Shown: positions 31,120 to 41,990, counted from the first letter of the stretch. The stretch: 64,000 bases of DNA from an uncultured Candidatus Rokubacteria bacterium (GCA_963754315.1 CAVWFS010000002.1:29156-93155), one strand, 5' to 3'. The notes: generated by a model not told the origin, from the sequence alone. A program made the numbers and translations.

Positions 31120-32316
31120 CTACCGGCGAACCGTGCGGCGACGCTCCAGGCGAGTTTGCCGATAAACGAACGCCTCGATCACCCTTGCCGAGACCGGGGC
31201 GAGTCGGGCCATCGCCAGGGCCGCGCTCACGAGGTCGTAGGCGGTGGTCAGGTCTCGACGGCGATGCTCGTGGAACTTGGCCAGCTCCTCCCAGGGACGC
31301 GGGTCGAAGCGCTCCGCGCAGGTCGCCGCCTCCCACAGAGCGCGCGCCGCGTCCCAGCGGGCTTGGCGTTTTTCCCACCAGGCGAGCCTCAACCGCACCC
31401 AGTGGGCGAAAGGACCGTCGAGCCCAGCGCCGAGAGCAACCCGATAGCACTCGGCGCTGCGATCGGCATCGATGCGCTCCCAGAATCGTCCCAGGCCCGC
31501 CATCTCTGCCGCGCTGAGGCCCGGAGCGTCCCCTCTCAGCGCCCGCGCCAACCAGCCGAGGAGCGTGACGAGGGAAAGGACGTCGTCAGCGTTGTGCGCG
31601 AACACGGGGCGTAGCCTGCCCGCCTGCCGGTCCCGCAAGTAGGCGAAGAAGCGCTCAGGAATCTCCCAGCCCGAGACGTCGTTCGCGCGTTCGAGCCCGA
31701 GGACTTCCCGCTCAAGAGTGGGCAGGCGGCAGTCCGCCAGAGTGGCCGACCACACGCGGCGGGCCGGCGCGAGCAAGTCAACGTGCACGATCTTGGGCCA
31801 GGGTCGTCGGCCCAGAATGAACCGTGTCTCCAGCAAGGGTAGGTCGAAACCCGTTCCATTGAAGGTGACCACCGCCGCTGCACGCGCCAGGAGAGGATCG
31901 AGGGCTGCCAGCAGGGCGGGTTCCTCGTCGAAGTCCCGCATGAAGTACTGCTCGAGGACGAAGGAGTCGCCTTCATGGAAGCCGACTCCCACCAGAAAGG
32001 CATACGTCCCCGTGCCGCCGGCCAGCCCGGTGGTCTCCACGTCGAGAAACAGGGTCCGGCCATCGGCGGGTGGGGCTTCCTCAGTCCGGGCGAGTAACGC
32101 GAGGAGGCCGGGCGCCACATCGCACCCGTCCCCGAGGCCGTAGCGACCGTGCTGGTGTGTCCGTGACACGGTCCGGCGCACTCTGACGAGGGCGCCCATC
32201 CCCGTGTCCAGCACGTCTCCGCCCACGATGCGCTCGACCGGCTCGGGCGCAGGACGGCGCGGCCGGGTGTCTTCGAGGCGGCGAATCACCCGACGAAGAT
32301 CGGTAACGCTATCCAA
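31120..32316 (-). CDS. YprB/MrfB-like RNase H-fold exonuclease with C-terminal TPR
   Basis: FLDVETTGL, TFNGTGFDLPLL, HNADD, and ELAKFHEHR TPR region. Confidence 0.85.
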   Translation of the reverse strand: MDSVTDLRRVIRRLEDTRPRRPAPEPVERIVGGDVLDTGMGALVRVRRTVSRTHQHGRYGLGDGCDVAPGLLALLARTEEAPPADGRTLFLDVETTGLAGGTGTYAFLVGVGFHEGDSFVLEQYFMRDFDEEPALLAALDPLLARAAAVVTFNGTGFDLPLLETRFILGRRPWPKIVHVDLLAPARRVWSATLADCRLPTLEREVLGLERANDVSGWEIPERFFAYLRDRQAGRLRPVFAHNADDVLSLVTLLGWLARALRGDAPGLSAAEMAGLGRFWERIDADRSAECYRVALGAGLDGPFAHWVRLRLAWWEKRQARWDAARALWEAATCAERFDPRPWEELAKFHEHRRRDLTTAYDLVSAALAMARLAPVSARVIEAFVYRQTRLERRRTVRR

Positions 32317-32320
32317 GGGA

Positions 32321-34703
32321 TCAGGCGGTGAGGACGCGCAGCAGCCTGGCGGCGGTGGCCTTGGCGCGACGCCCCACCTCGTTCACGGGACCGACGCAGG
32401 ACGGGCAGCCAGCCTGACAGGGGCACGCGTGAAGCGTGGCCAGCCCCTGCGCCAGCAGCTCGGGCAGGACCACGAACAGCCGCTCGGCCAGGCCAATACC
32501 ACCCGCGTAGGCGTCATACAGATAGATGGTGGGATTGAACTGCTCGGCCTCGAGCAAGCGGCGCCGTGACGACTCGCGGGTCACCGTCGCGCCAGGCACG
32601 GCCGGAGTGGTATCCCCCAGCCACGAGCCGAGATCGCGCACGTCACACAGAAGGAAGATGGGCGCGAGGTGATGAAGCAGGTAGCTCACCGCGCGCAGCC
32701 CGTCGATCAGCTCCTCGCGTGAGGCGCTCACCTGGCTGAGCGTCTCGGGAGGCACGGTGATCCAGGCGCTCGTCGTCTGCATCTCTTGCTGGGGCAGCTC
32801 CACCTCGCCCGAGCCGACGTTCTCCAGTGTTCCCATCTTGATCTTCTTGAAGCCCACCACCTTCTCGGCCACGAGCACCTCGCCCTGCTCGGCGAGGTAG
32901 GTCTGATGCTGCCGCCCGTCCAGCCGCTGCAGGATCCAGACCCCTTTGGCGCTCACGGCGTCGGTGAAGTAGTCCACCTGGACGCGCTTGACGTAGGCGA
33001 CCTTCTCCTCGTCCTCTCGGAAGTGGAGCTCCTGGACCTCGTACGGCTCGCTCTCCACGAGATAGATCGCCTTCGGGTATATCGTTGCGAAGGCGCTCCC
33101 CCAGTCCACCTCGGCGATAACCTGTCGCCGCTTCGTCTGCTTCGCGTCGCGCGCCGTGGTGTCGATGACCACGAAGTTGTCGCTGGTGACCGTGCGCAGG
33201 GAGACGTGGTCGGCTGGATAGGTCTCGGCCGCCCAGTGCCAGCGCGTCCCCGCCCGGTGCAGCACACCCTCGTCCTCGAGGGCAGCCAGATGGCGCCGCA
33301 CGTCGGTATCCCCGAATCTCTCGACGTCGCTGCCGCTTCCGCCTGATTCCTCCTCGGGAGCGAGGGCTGATGGGTAGCTCGAAGGCGGCGCACTTGAGGT
33401 GGTTCACGAGAATGAACGGGTTGTCCGGGTTCACCCGGGCGTGCTCGGGCGAGGTCCCGAACAGGTACTCGGGATGGGTCACCATGAACTGGTCCAGCGG
33501 GGCGCTCGTGGCCACGAAAATTGCCGCCGAGGGCCCGCTCCGGCGGCCGGCCCGCCCCGCCTGTTGCCACAAGGAGGCGATGGTGCCGGGGTAGCCGGCC
33601 AGCACCGCCACGTCGAGGTGACCGATGTCGACACCGAGCTCGAGCGCGTTCGTGGAAACGACGCCGAGCACCTCTCCGGCTCGCAGGCCGTGCTCGACCG
33701 CGCGGCGGCGAGTCGGCAGGTAGCCGCCACGGTAGCCGCGCACGAGGCCCGAATCGCCCGTCCTGTCGGCGATGGCGCTCTTGATCGACGTGAGGAGGAC
33801 CTCGGTGGCGAGGCGGCTCTGCGCGAAGACGATGGTGGGCACCTTCTCGCGCAAGAAGCGCTGAGCCAGCTTGGAGGCCTCACCCAGATACGGCGCCCGG
33901 ATGCCCAGCTCGGGGTTGATGACGGGGGGGTTGTAGCAGAGGACCGTCTTCTCTCCCGAGGGCGCTCCGCTCTCGGCGACCTCTTCCACGCTCGCCCCGG
34001 TGAGCCGCTCGGCCAGCTCGCGGGGATTGCCGATGGTGGCAGAGGCCATGATGAACTGCGGAGCCGAGCCGTAGTGGCGACAGATGCGCCCGAGCCGCCG
34101 CAGCACGTTTGCCAGATGGCTGCCGAAGACACCTCGGTAGGCGTGCAGTTCGTCGATCACCACGAACTTGAGGTTCTGGAAGAGCGAGGCCCACTTGGTG
34201 TGGTGGGGCAGGATGCCCGAGTGGAGCATGTCCGGATTCGTCAGCACGAGGTTGGCGCGGGCCCGCACCGCCCGGCGGGCATCCTGCGGCGTGTCCCCGT
34301 CGTAGGTGAACATGCGCAGGTCGGGCAAAGTCCTGGCGATCGCCTCGAGCTCGGCGAGCTGATCCTGGGCGAGCGCCTTGGTCGGAAACAGGTAGAGGAT
34401 CCGGGCATCGGGCTCCTTGAGGAGCGCCTGCAAGGCCGGCACGTTGTAGCAGAGCGTTTTGCCCGAGGCCGTCGGCGTCACCACGACCACATGGTGACCC
34501 TTGTCGACCAGCTCCCACGTTCTCGCCTGATGGATATAGAGCTGCTCGATACCGCGCGCACGCAGCGCGTCGCACAGCCGCGGATCGAGGGTGGCGGGAA
34601 AGGGCGCGTACACGGCGGGGCGAGCGGGGAAGTGGCGAGTGGCGACGATGCACGGTCCGGTCACATTCGAGATCAGCAGATCATCGAGGATCCCGCCGAG
34701 CAT
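32321..34703 (-). CDS. DEAH-box helicase with DUF1998 (YprA/MrfA/Hrq1-like; frameshift near 33360-33372)
   Basis: TPTASGKT, PTKALAQDQ, DELH, SAT, TNALELGVD, QQAGRAGR. C-terminal LYDAYAGGIG and CPCQAGCPSC lie in the second frame. Confidence 0.88.
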
Positions 34704-34727
34704 CGACGCTCACTGTATCATGAGCCG

Positions 34728-35321
34728 ATGATGCGACCGTCTTCCTGGCTGCCTCCCGCGATCTGGATGGTGATCATTCTCTGGATGTCCTCGGATCAGT
34801 TCAGCAGCGCGCACACGGGGAGCACTCTCGGCGCCTTTCTGGCCTGGGCCGCTCCCTGGCTCACGCCCGCTGAGGTGAATCTGCTCCACGGTCTCGGGCG
34901 CAAGCTGGGGCACCTCACCACCTACGGAATCCTGGCCCTGCTCTGGCTCCGGGCTCTCGTCCGCGACACCGGGCTCACGCGTGGTGCCGCCGCCGGCCTC
35001 GCGTTCGCGATCAGCGTCGCCTGGGCGGGTGTCGACGAGGTCCGCCAGCACTTCGTGCCGAGCCGTTCGGGAACGATCGGCGACGTGGCCGTCGACGCCG
35101 CCGGGAGCGCCCTGGCGCTCGGGTTCACCCACCGGAGCTGGCCCCAGGTCGCAAGCCTTCTCGGGCTGATCCTGCTCTGGGTCGCCGCCGTTGGCGGAGC
35201 CGCCATCCTGGCCGTGAATCTCTCCACGAGCGTCCCCTCCGGCCTCCTCTGGCTAACAACTCCCACCGCCGCCCTCGCCCTCGCCGCCCGCCACTGGCTG
35301 CTTCAGAGGAAGTCCGCCTAG
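34728..35321 (+). CDS. VanZ family membrane protein
   Basis: RKLGHLTTYGIL, DEVRQHFVPSRSG..GDVAVD. Confidence 0.82.
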   Translation: MMRPSSWLPPAIWMVIILWMSSDQFSSAHTGSTLGAFLAWAAPWLTPAEVNLLHGLGRKLGHLTTYGILALLWLRALVRDTGLTRGAAAGLAFAISVAWAGVDEVRQHFVPSRSGTIGDVAVDAAGSALALGFTHRSWPQVASLLGLILLWVAAVGGAAILAVNLSTSVPSGLLWLTTPTAALALAARHWLLQRKSA

Positions 35322-35445
35322 ATTCTATCCAGCGACGGCGCGCTGGCTGGCCGCAGCGATCCCACCACGGCCGGCGAGCCCGGGCACGTGCGAGATTTAT
35401 GAACGCTGTCGCGTGCTGGCCGCCGATCCCCCACGCCGGCGAGCC

Positions 35446-35574
35446 CGGCAGGCCGATCAAAAAGGGTCAGATGCTAGGCGGCGAGGAGGGCGCGACTGAG
35501 GCGTATGCCTCATACGCCGCAGGGAGCCCCCGACGAGCCAACGACGCAGATGGCCCTTTTTCATCGGTCTGCCG
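35446..35574. mobile_element. MITE-like element, family A copy 2
   Basis: Imperfect TIRs cggcaggccgatcaaaaaggg / ccctttttcatcggtctgccg. Internal similarity to 772-897. Sits between convergent genes. Confidence 0.7.
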
Positions 35575-35582
35575 AGGACTGC

Positions 35583-36503
35583 CTAGACGGTGAGGCGGGG
35601 ATCGAGCGTGTCGCGCAGTCCGTCGCCAAACAGGTTGATGCCGAGCACGGTAACCAGGATGGCGAGCCCGGGAAAGGTCGCAAGCCACCACGCGGTCGAG
35701 ATGTACACGCGTCCGTCGGCGAGCATGCCCCCCCAGGTCGGGGTGGGAGGCTGAACGCCAAGCCCCAGGAAGGACAGAGCCGATTCGATGACGATGACTC
35801 GCGCCATGTCGAGGGTGGCGACCACCAGCCATGGAGTGAAGGCATTGGGAAGGATGTGCCGCATCAGCACCCGGCGGTCCCGACTGCCGAGAGCCAGCGC
35901 CGCCTGAACAAACTCCCGCTCGACCAGTGAAAGCACCGTGCCTCGCACCACCCGCGCATAGACGACCCAGCTCGAGACCCCGATGACTGCGATGATGGTG
36001 AAGAGACTGGGCCCGAGGACGCCGATGACCGCGATGGCGAGCAAGATGAACGGGAAGGCGAGCTGAATATCCGCCAGCCGCATGAGGACGTCGTCGACTC
36101 GTCCTCCGAAGTAGCCGGCGATCAGCCCCGCCACCATACCGAGCACGCCAGAGATGAGCACGGCGGCGAAGCCCACCATGAGAGCCGGCCGGGCTCCGTA
36201 GAGAATGCGGGCGAGGAGGTCACGCCCCAGGTGGTCCGAACCGAGGAGGTGGAGCTGGCCGTTCGCGTCACGCGTGCCGGGCGCCTTGAGGCGCTCCGCA
36301 ATGTTCTGCTCGATGGGATCGAACGGCGAGATGAGCGGCGCGGCCAGGGCCGTCACGAGGACCATCGCCACCACACCAAGCCCGAACAGGGCCGTGCGCC
36401 GGCGGGCCAGGCGGCGCAGGAACACCTGCCATTGCCGGAGGCCAGGCCGCTCGGCATCGGCGAGCACCCCGGCCGGCTCGGCCAGCACGGTGGCTCGGGT
36501 CAT
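35583..36503 (-). CDS. peptide/nickel ABC transporter permease (DppC/OppC-like)
   Basis: LGSDHLGRD, EFVQAALALG, RHILPN, ESALSFLGLG, GDGLRDTLDPR. Confidence 0.92.
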   Translation of the reverse strand: MTRATVLAEPAGVLADAERPGLRQWQVFLRRLARRRTALFGLGVVAMVLVTALAAPLISPFDPIEQNIAERLKAPGTRDANGQLHLLGSDHLGRDLLARILYGARPALMVGFAAVLISGVLGMVAGLIAGYFGGRVDDVLMRLADIQLAFPFILLAIAVIGVLGPSLFTIIAVIGVSSWVVYARVVRGTVLSLVEREFVQAALALGSRDRRVLMRHILPNAFTPWLVVATLDMARVIVIESALSFLGLGVQPPTPTWGGMLADGRVYISTAWWLATFPGLAILVTVLGINLFGDGLRDTLDPRLTV

Positions 36504-37417
36504 CGCAGGCGTATCCGGGGGTCGAGGTACGTGTAGATGACATCGACAAACAGATTGACAAGAACAAAGGTGGTGGCAAGCAGGAACACCGCCGCCTGGA
36601 CGACAGGATAGTCGCGGTTGTAGATGGCTTGCACGGACAGCCGCCCGACCCCCGGCCACGCGAAGATCGTCTCGGTGATCACCGAGCCGCCCAGCAAGGT
36701 GCCCAGCTCGATTCCCACGATCGTGACGATAGGGATGGCGGCGTTCTTGAGCGCGTGCTTCCAGACCACGGGCTGGTTGCTGACCCCCTTGGCTCGCGCC
36801 GTCCGGATGTAATCCTGATTCAGGACCTCGAGCATCCCCGACCGGGTCAGTCGTGTGATACGGGCGGTGGTGAAAAGACCCAGCGTGACGGCGGGCAGGA
36901 TCAAATGCTGCAGGCCCCCCCGCCCGGAAGACGGCAGCAGGTTGAACTGAACCGAGAAAACCAGGATGAGCATGATGCCCAGCCAGAAGGTCGGCATCGA
37001 CTGGCCAAGAAGCGCGACCACGGTGGCCACGTAGTCGGCCAGCGTGTTGCGGCGCACCGCGGAGATGATGCCGGCCGGGATGGCCAGGCACAAGGCGATG
37101 AGGAGCCCCGCCCCGGCCAGCTCGAAGGTCGCGGGCATGCGCTCGAGCACGAGGTCGAAGGCCGGCTCACCGTGCCGGATCGACTGGCCGAAGTTTCCCC
37201 GGAGGGCGCCCGCCAGAAAGCGCCCGTACTGCACGATGAAGGGATCGTTGAACCCCATCACCTCGCGGAAGCGAATGACGTCTTCGGCGGAGGCGTCCGG
37301 AGGCAAGAGCACGAGGGCAGGATCGCCGGTCAGATAGAGGATGAAGAAAACCACACAGGAGACGCCGAAGAGGACGAGAAGCGACTGGAGGAGCCTTCGG
37401 AGCAGGTAGACCTTCAC
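36500..37417 (-). CDS. peptide/nickel ABC transporter permease (DppB/OppB-like)
   Basis: GDPA, GNFGQS, QDYIRTARAKG, ETIFAWPGVG, YLDPRIR. Confidence 0.92.
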   Translation of the reverse strand: MKVYLLRRLLQSLLVLFGVSCVVFFILYLTGDPALVLLPPDASAEDVIRFREVMGFNDPFIVQYGRFLAGALRGNFGQSIRHGEPAFDLVLERMPATFELAGAGLLIALCLAIPAGIISAVRRNTLADYVATVVALLGQSMPTFWLGIMLILVFSVQFNLLPSSGRGGLQHLILPAVTLGLFTTARITRLTRSGMLEVLNQDYIRTARAKGVSNQPVVWKHALKNAAIPIVTIVGIELGTLLGGSVITETIFAWPGVGRLSVQAIYNRDYPVVQAAVFLLATTFVLVNLFVDVIYTYLDPRIRLR

Positions 37418-38781
37418 ACGCGGTGCGAGAGAAGCGCGACAGCCTCGATGTGTGGAGTGTGCGGAAACATATCCACCGGCTGCACCCAGCTGAGGGTATA
37501 GCCGCCCTTCACGAGATCGCCAACGTCTCGGGCGAGAGTGGCCGGGTTGCAGGAAACGTAGACGATACGGGACGGGCCGAGCTCGGCCAGAGCCCTCAGG
37601 GCCTTCGGATGGAACCCGGCCCTCGGCGGGTCGGCCACCGCGACCTCGGCCCGGACTCCCTGGGCGAGCAGCTCGGGGAGCACGTGACGCACCTCACCGG
37701 CGAGAAACGTGCAGTTCGTGATGCCGTTGGCGGCCGCGTTTCGCACCGCGTCGGCGACGGCCGCCGGGGACACCTCGAGTCCATACACGTGCCGGCACCG
37801 GCCAGCCAGGAGCAGGCTGATGGCGCCGGTGCCGGAGTAGAGGTCCATGAGCGTCTCGTCGCCCTTCAGCCCCGAGGCTTCCGCCACGACCTCGAACAGA
37901 CGCTCCGCCTGCAACGTGTTCGTCTGGAAGAAGGAGTTGGCGGATACCTGGAAGGCCAGACCGTCTAGCCGCTCCGTGATGTGGTCCCGTCCGGCCAGGA
38001 GGAGCTCCTCGGAGCCCACCGCCACGCTCGCCTTCTTGCCATTGACGTTGAGGATGACGCTGGTCAGGCCGGATGCCCGCGCCTGCAGTGCCTCGGCCAC
38101 GGGAGAGAGAGCTCCCACGTCGGGCGCCGCGCCGACGATGTTGACCATGGTCTCACCCGTTCGCCGCCCCTCGCGAAGGGTGACGAAGCGTAAGAGGCCG
38201 GTCTCTGTGGCCTGCTCGTACACGGAGAGCTGGCGCGTCCGTACCTGGCGACGCACCTCCTCGAGGAGCATGTTCATGGTGTCGGACTGGAGCAGGCAAC
38301 GCTCGATGTCGAGCACGATGTCGTAGCGCTCGGCTTCGTGGAGCCCCAACCGGGGCTCACCCGCGGTCTCCGCTACCGTGAACTCCATCTTGTTCCGGTA
38401 CCCGAAGGTCTCGGGAGCAGGAAGGATGGGGCGCAGCTCGAACTCTCCCAGGCCGCCCAGGCGCTGGAGGCAATCCCTCACCTGCTTTTCCTTGAACGCA
38501 AGCTGACTTGAGTAGTCCATGTGCTGCAGGCGGCAGCCGCCGCACCGACCGAAGTACGCGCAAGGGGCCACCACACGATGGGGCGACGGCTCCTCGACCG
38601 CCTCGATTTCAGCGCGGCCGAAGCGCGCACGCGTCTCGATCATCCTGACGACCAGCCGGTCCCCCGGTAGTCCCCCGCGAACGAAGACGACGTAGCCTCC
38701 CGTCCGCCCGACGCCCTCCCCGCCGAAGGCGAGATCGTCGACCGTGATGGTGATACGATCACCCCGTCGTGGTTTTGCCAT
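37414..38781 (-). CDS. rlmD: 23S rRNA m5U1939 methyltransferase (TRAM domain, 4Fe-4S)
   Basis: CAYFGRCGGC, YRNKMEF, SFFQTN, DLYSGTG, DPPRAG, YVSCNP, DMFPHTPHIE. Confidence 0.93.
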   Translation of the reverse strand: MAKPRRGDRITITVDDLAFGGEGVGRTGGYVVFVRGGLPGDRLVVRMIETRARFGRAEIEAVEEPSPHRVVAPCAYFGRCGGCRLQHMDYSSQLAFKEKQVRDCLQRLGGLGEFELRPILPAPETFGYRNKMEFTVAETAGEPRLGLHEAERYDIVLDIERCLLQSDTMNMLLEEVRRQVRTRQLSVYEQATETGLLRFVTLREGRRTGETMVNIVGAAPDVGALSPVAEALQARASGLTSVILNVNGKKASVAVGSEELLLAGRDHITERLDGLAFQVSANSFFQTNTLQAERLFEVVAEASGLKGDETLMDLYSGTGAISLLLAGRCRHVYGLEVSPAAVADAVRNAAANGITNCTFLAGEVRHVLPELLAQGVRAEVAVADPPRAGFHPKALRALAELGPSRIVYVSCNPATLARDVGDLVKGGYTLSWVQPVDMFPHTPHIEAVALLSHRV

Positions 38782-38791
38782 GGATGCCGCA

Positions 38792-38820
38792 ACTATAAAG
38801 AGCGGCCCAGAACGAGTCAA
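38792..38820 (-). promoter_or_regulatory. sigma70 promoter of rlmD (near-leaderless)
   Basis: TTGACT, N17, TATAGT, ending 10 nt before ATG 38781. Confidence 0.65.
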
Positions 38821-38914
38821 TCGAGTCCCGGTAAGGCTCCCTGACAAAAGCTGGCCCTTACCGCCGTGACGTCGTAGCATTCTCTGTACCTGCTAGGCGA
38901 AGGAGTTGTGCCGG

Positions 38915-39385
38915 TTGAAAGCACTGAACAAGCCCCGTGCAATAGGTGACCTGCTGACTGACGCCGTACCCCAGCTTGCCGATCGGCTTGCTGAGTTGCG
39001 GCTTCACCGTTCCTGGGGGGCGGTAGTCGGGCCGGACATCGCCCGCCGAACCCGACCAGGGAGTCTCGTCGAGGGATGCCTGACCGTCCTCGTCGACAAC
39101 TCCCCGTGGCTGCACGAGCTGAACCTGCGCCAGCCAGAGCTGCTGGCACGCATCCGCGCACGGTGGGATTCTGTGCGGGTTCTCCGCCTCACGATCGGCT
39201 CTCTCGGCACCGACCCGGAGGCTGCGGTGACACACGAGCTCCGGGCCGCACCCGCGCTGAGCGAACGCGACCGGCGCGAGATCGAAGAAGCAACCGCCAC
39301 GATTTCCGACCCGGCGCTGGCGGCCACCGCTCAGCGTCTGCTCACGCGGGCCAGACTGTCGGCCGGCGCTCCGGTGCCGAGATGA
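38915..39385 (+). CDS. dciA: DUF721/DciA family protein
   Basis: WGAVVGPDIARRTRP...LTVLVDNSPWLHEL. AAGGAG SD before TTG 38915. Confidence 0.8.
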   Translation: MKALNKPRAIGDLLTDAVPQLADRLAELRLHRSWGAVVGPDIARRTRPGSLVEGCLTVLVDNSPWLHELNLRQPELLARIRARWDSVRVLRLTIGSLGTDPEAAVTHELRAAPALSERDRREIEEATATISDPALAATAQRLLTRARLSAGAPVPR

Positions 39386-41133
39386 CGGGACGACTGCTGT
39401 CTCCGCTCGTGCTGATCACCTCCTCCCTGCTGGCCGTGGGCTGCGCGACCACGGGGCGAGGCTCCGGCGAAACCACGACCACTCCTGCCTTGCGCGCTGG
39501 CGAATCCGATATGCGCTCCGACGCCTACTATCACTACACGGTGGCCCAGACACTCGCGCAGAACGGCGAGTTCAAAGAGGCCATCGTCGCCATGCAGGAG
39601 GCGGTCAAGCGCGATCCTAGCTCCGCCTTTCTCTGGACATCTCTTGCCCAATGGTATGCGCGAGCCGACTCCCCCGGCGAGGCGGTGACCGCAGCCCGGC
39701 GAGCCGTCCAGCTGGCACCCTCGGACGTGAGCACCCATGTGACCCTGGCCGAGCTTCTGCGGGGCCAGCGACAGTATTCAGAAGCCGAGACGGAGCTGGA
39801 GAAGGCCATCGAGCTGAACCCTGATGCGGAGGATGCGTACCTGGCTCTTGCCCGCTATCAGGTGGAACAGAAGTCGTTCGACCGTGCTCGCGGTACCCTG
39901 ACCCGCCTGGCTGAACGCAAGCCACAGCTTGCTCAGGCTCAGTTCCTGCTTGGTCGCCTGGCCGTCGAAACGGAGTCCTGGGACGAGGCCATCGCACGTC
40001 TCAGGCGGACTGTCGAGCTTGACCCCGATCACGACGGCGCGTGGATTGCGCTCGGGTATGTCTACGAGACGCGCGGCAAGACCGAGGACGCTATCCTCGT
40101 GTACGAGGAAGCGATCCGCACCAACCCGGACAACCCCGGCTTCGTGGAGCGGTTGGGGGACCTCTTGATCCGGCTCGGACGCTACAAGGACGCCCAGACG
40201 CGAATCGAGCAACTCGCCGAAGTGGCGCCCCGCAACACGGCCGTCTGGGTCAAGCTAGGAGTGGTCTACTACGAGCAGAAGATGTGGGATCGAGCGAGTG
40301 ACGCCTTCCGGCGGGCGATCGCCCTCGATCCGTCGAATCTGCGAGCGCGCTACTTCCTCGCCACCACCTACATGGACGGGGGCAAGGAGCCGGAGGCGCG
40401 CGCCGAGCTGGAGCGCATCCTGCGGGCCGACCCTCGCTCGGTCGATGCGCGGGTGCAGCTCGGGTTTTTGCACGGACGCGCCAAGCGCTACGAGGAGGCC
40501 ATCGCCATACTGCGCGAGGCCGTCAACCTCGATCCCAAGCGGCCTGATCTGTTCCTGTACCTGGGCACCGCGTACTTCCGCGCCAAGGAATACGAGCGTG
40601 CCGGTGAGACCTTGCGGGAAGGCCTCGCCCTGGAAGACGCCAACAAGGATCTGAACTTTCAGCTGGGTGTCGTCTACGAGAAGCAGGCGAAGTTCGACGA
40701 GGCGGTCAGGCAGTTCCGTCGGGTCATCGCCGTCGACCCTCGCCACGCCGAGTCCTACAACTTCGTGGGCTACATGTATGCCGAGCGTGGCCAGAACCTT
40801 GACGAGGCAATCCAGCTCATCGAGAAGGCCCTGGAGATCGAGCCGGAAAACGGCTACTTCATCGACAGTCTCGGATGGGCCTACTATCAGCAGGGCCGTT
40901 ACGACGAGGCTCTTCGGGAGTTGAAGCGCGCGGTGGAGCGGGCCAAGGATGATCCTGTCATCTTCGAGCATCTGGGCGACGCCTACGCCAAGATCGGACT
41001 GCACGAGGATGCCCTGGCCGCATGGGAGAAGTCGTTCCAGCTCGATCCCACCGATGGCGTCAAGAACAAGATCGAGAAGACGAAGTCTAACCTCGGCCGG
41101 CTTAAGGGTGAGCGGTCGAAGGCTTCTCAGTAG
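39382..41133 (+). CDS. tetratricopeptide-repeat lipoprotein
   Basis: Lipobox LAVGC, many TPRs, IDSLGWAYY and EHLGD. Conserved position before lolB-ispE. Confidence 0.88.
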   Translation: MTGRLLSPLVLITSSLLAVGCATTGRGSGETTTTPALRAGESDMRSDAYYHYTVAQTLAQNGEFKEAIVAMQEAVKRDPSSAFLWTSLAQWYARADSPGEAVTAARRAVQLAPSDVSTHVTLAELLRGQRQYSEAETELEKAIELNPDAEDAYLALARYQVEQKSFDRARGTLTRLAERKPQLAQAQFLLGRLAVETESWDEAIARLRRTVELDPDHDGAWIALGYVYETRGKTEDAILVYEEAIRTNPDNPGFVERLGDLLIRLGRYKDAQTRIEQLAEVAPRNTAVWVKLGVVYYEQKMWDRASDAFRRAIALDPSNLRARYFLATTYMDGGKEPEARAELERILRADPRSVDARVQLGFLHGRAKRYEEAIAILREAVNLDPKRPDLFLYLGTAYFRAKEYERAGETLREGLALEDANKDLNFQLGVVYEKQAKFDEAVRQFRRVIAVDPRHAESYNFVGYMYAERGQNLDEAIQLIEKALEIEPENGYFIDSLGWAYYQQGRYDEALRELKRAVERAKDDPVIFEHLGDAYAKIGLHEDALAAWEKSFQLDPTDGVKNKIEKTKSNLGRLKGERSKASQ

Positions 41134-41872
41134 CTTCGCGCTCCTGCTCTGGCTGGCCGGATGCGCGAGGGTGTTGCCGCCACCCCGCGAAGCGATCCCG
41201 GCCAATGCCCAGCGCGCCATCGACCTCCTGGAGGCGCGCTGGCGGGCGTTCGACGATCTGCGGACCCAGGCCACCGTGGCGGTCAACCGCCAGGGATCGC
41301 GCCAGCGGCTCAGTGGCGTGCTGCTGGCCCGGCGTCCGAGCGCCGTCCGCTTCGAGGCGCTGGCGCCCTTTGGCGCTCCGTTCCTTCTTCTGACTGTGGC
41401 CGATGGCCAGCTCAAGGCATACAACGCCGCGACCAACGAGGCGATGGTAGGACCGGCCACGGCCGAGGTCACGGCGAAGCTGCTGAGTCTTCCCTTCGAC
41501 CCCGACGATCTCGTGAGCGTGCTGGTCGGGCTGGCCTCGCCGCCGGCCGACCTCCGAGCCGCCGAGGTGCTTCCGGCCGATGACGAGGGGCCCTCGGTGA
41601 TGCTCTACGGTGCGGTGAACAGGAAGCGAGTCTGGATGGACATGGAGACCGGCGTCATCAAGCAGCAGGAGATCATTGGTGGACGGTACGCGGCCCGCGT
41701 GACCTACCTGAGAGACCCCGCGGGCACACTGAGCGGCTTCACATTCACCGCGGCCAATTCGCTGGTGACGGGTACCGTCGAGTACCGGCAGCCCGTCTTC
41801 GGCAGTGGCATCGACCCCGAACGCTTCACCCTCACCATCCCCCGCAGCGCCCGCATCAAGACCCTGGACTGA
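41108..41872 (+). CDS. LolB-like/DUF4292 outer-membrane lipoprotein
   Basis: Lipobox LAGC, RFEALAPFG, and synteny TPR-lolB-ispE. Confidence 0.65.
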   Translation: MSGRRLLSSFALLLWLAGCARVLPPPREAIPANAQRAIDLLEARWRAFDDLRTQATVAVNRQGSRQRLSGVLLARRPSAVRFEALAPFGAPFLLLTVADGQLKAYNAATNEAMVGPATAEVTAKLLSLPFDPDDLVSVLVGLASPPADLRAAEVLPADDEGPSVMLYGAVNRKRVWMDMETGVIKQQEIIGGRYAARVTYLRDPAGTLSGFTFTAANSLVTGTVEYRQPVFGSGIDPERFTLTIPRSARIKTLD

Positions 41873-41876
41873 AGTA

Positions 41877-41990
41877 TGGGTTGGCCTCGACGGCCCCCCC
41901 ATGCCCCCCCGCGCTCGGGCACGCCCCGGGGGACCCGTGGCGGCCCTCGGGATTACGCTTGCTTCTGTAGGGCCTCGAATGGCCCCCCGG
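41877..41990 (+). repeat. palindromic repeat family B, diverged copy
   Basis: ggcc-tcgac-ggccccccc...gggcacgccccggg-gga-cccgtggcggccc..., then a second gggcctcgaatggcccc. Confidence 0.75.
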
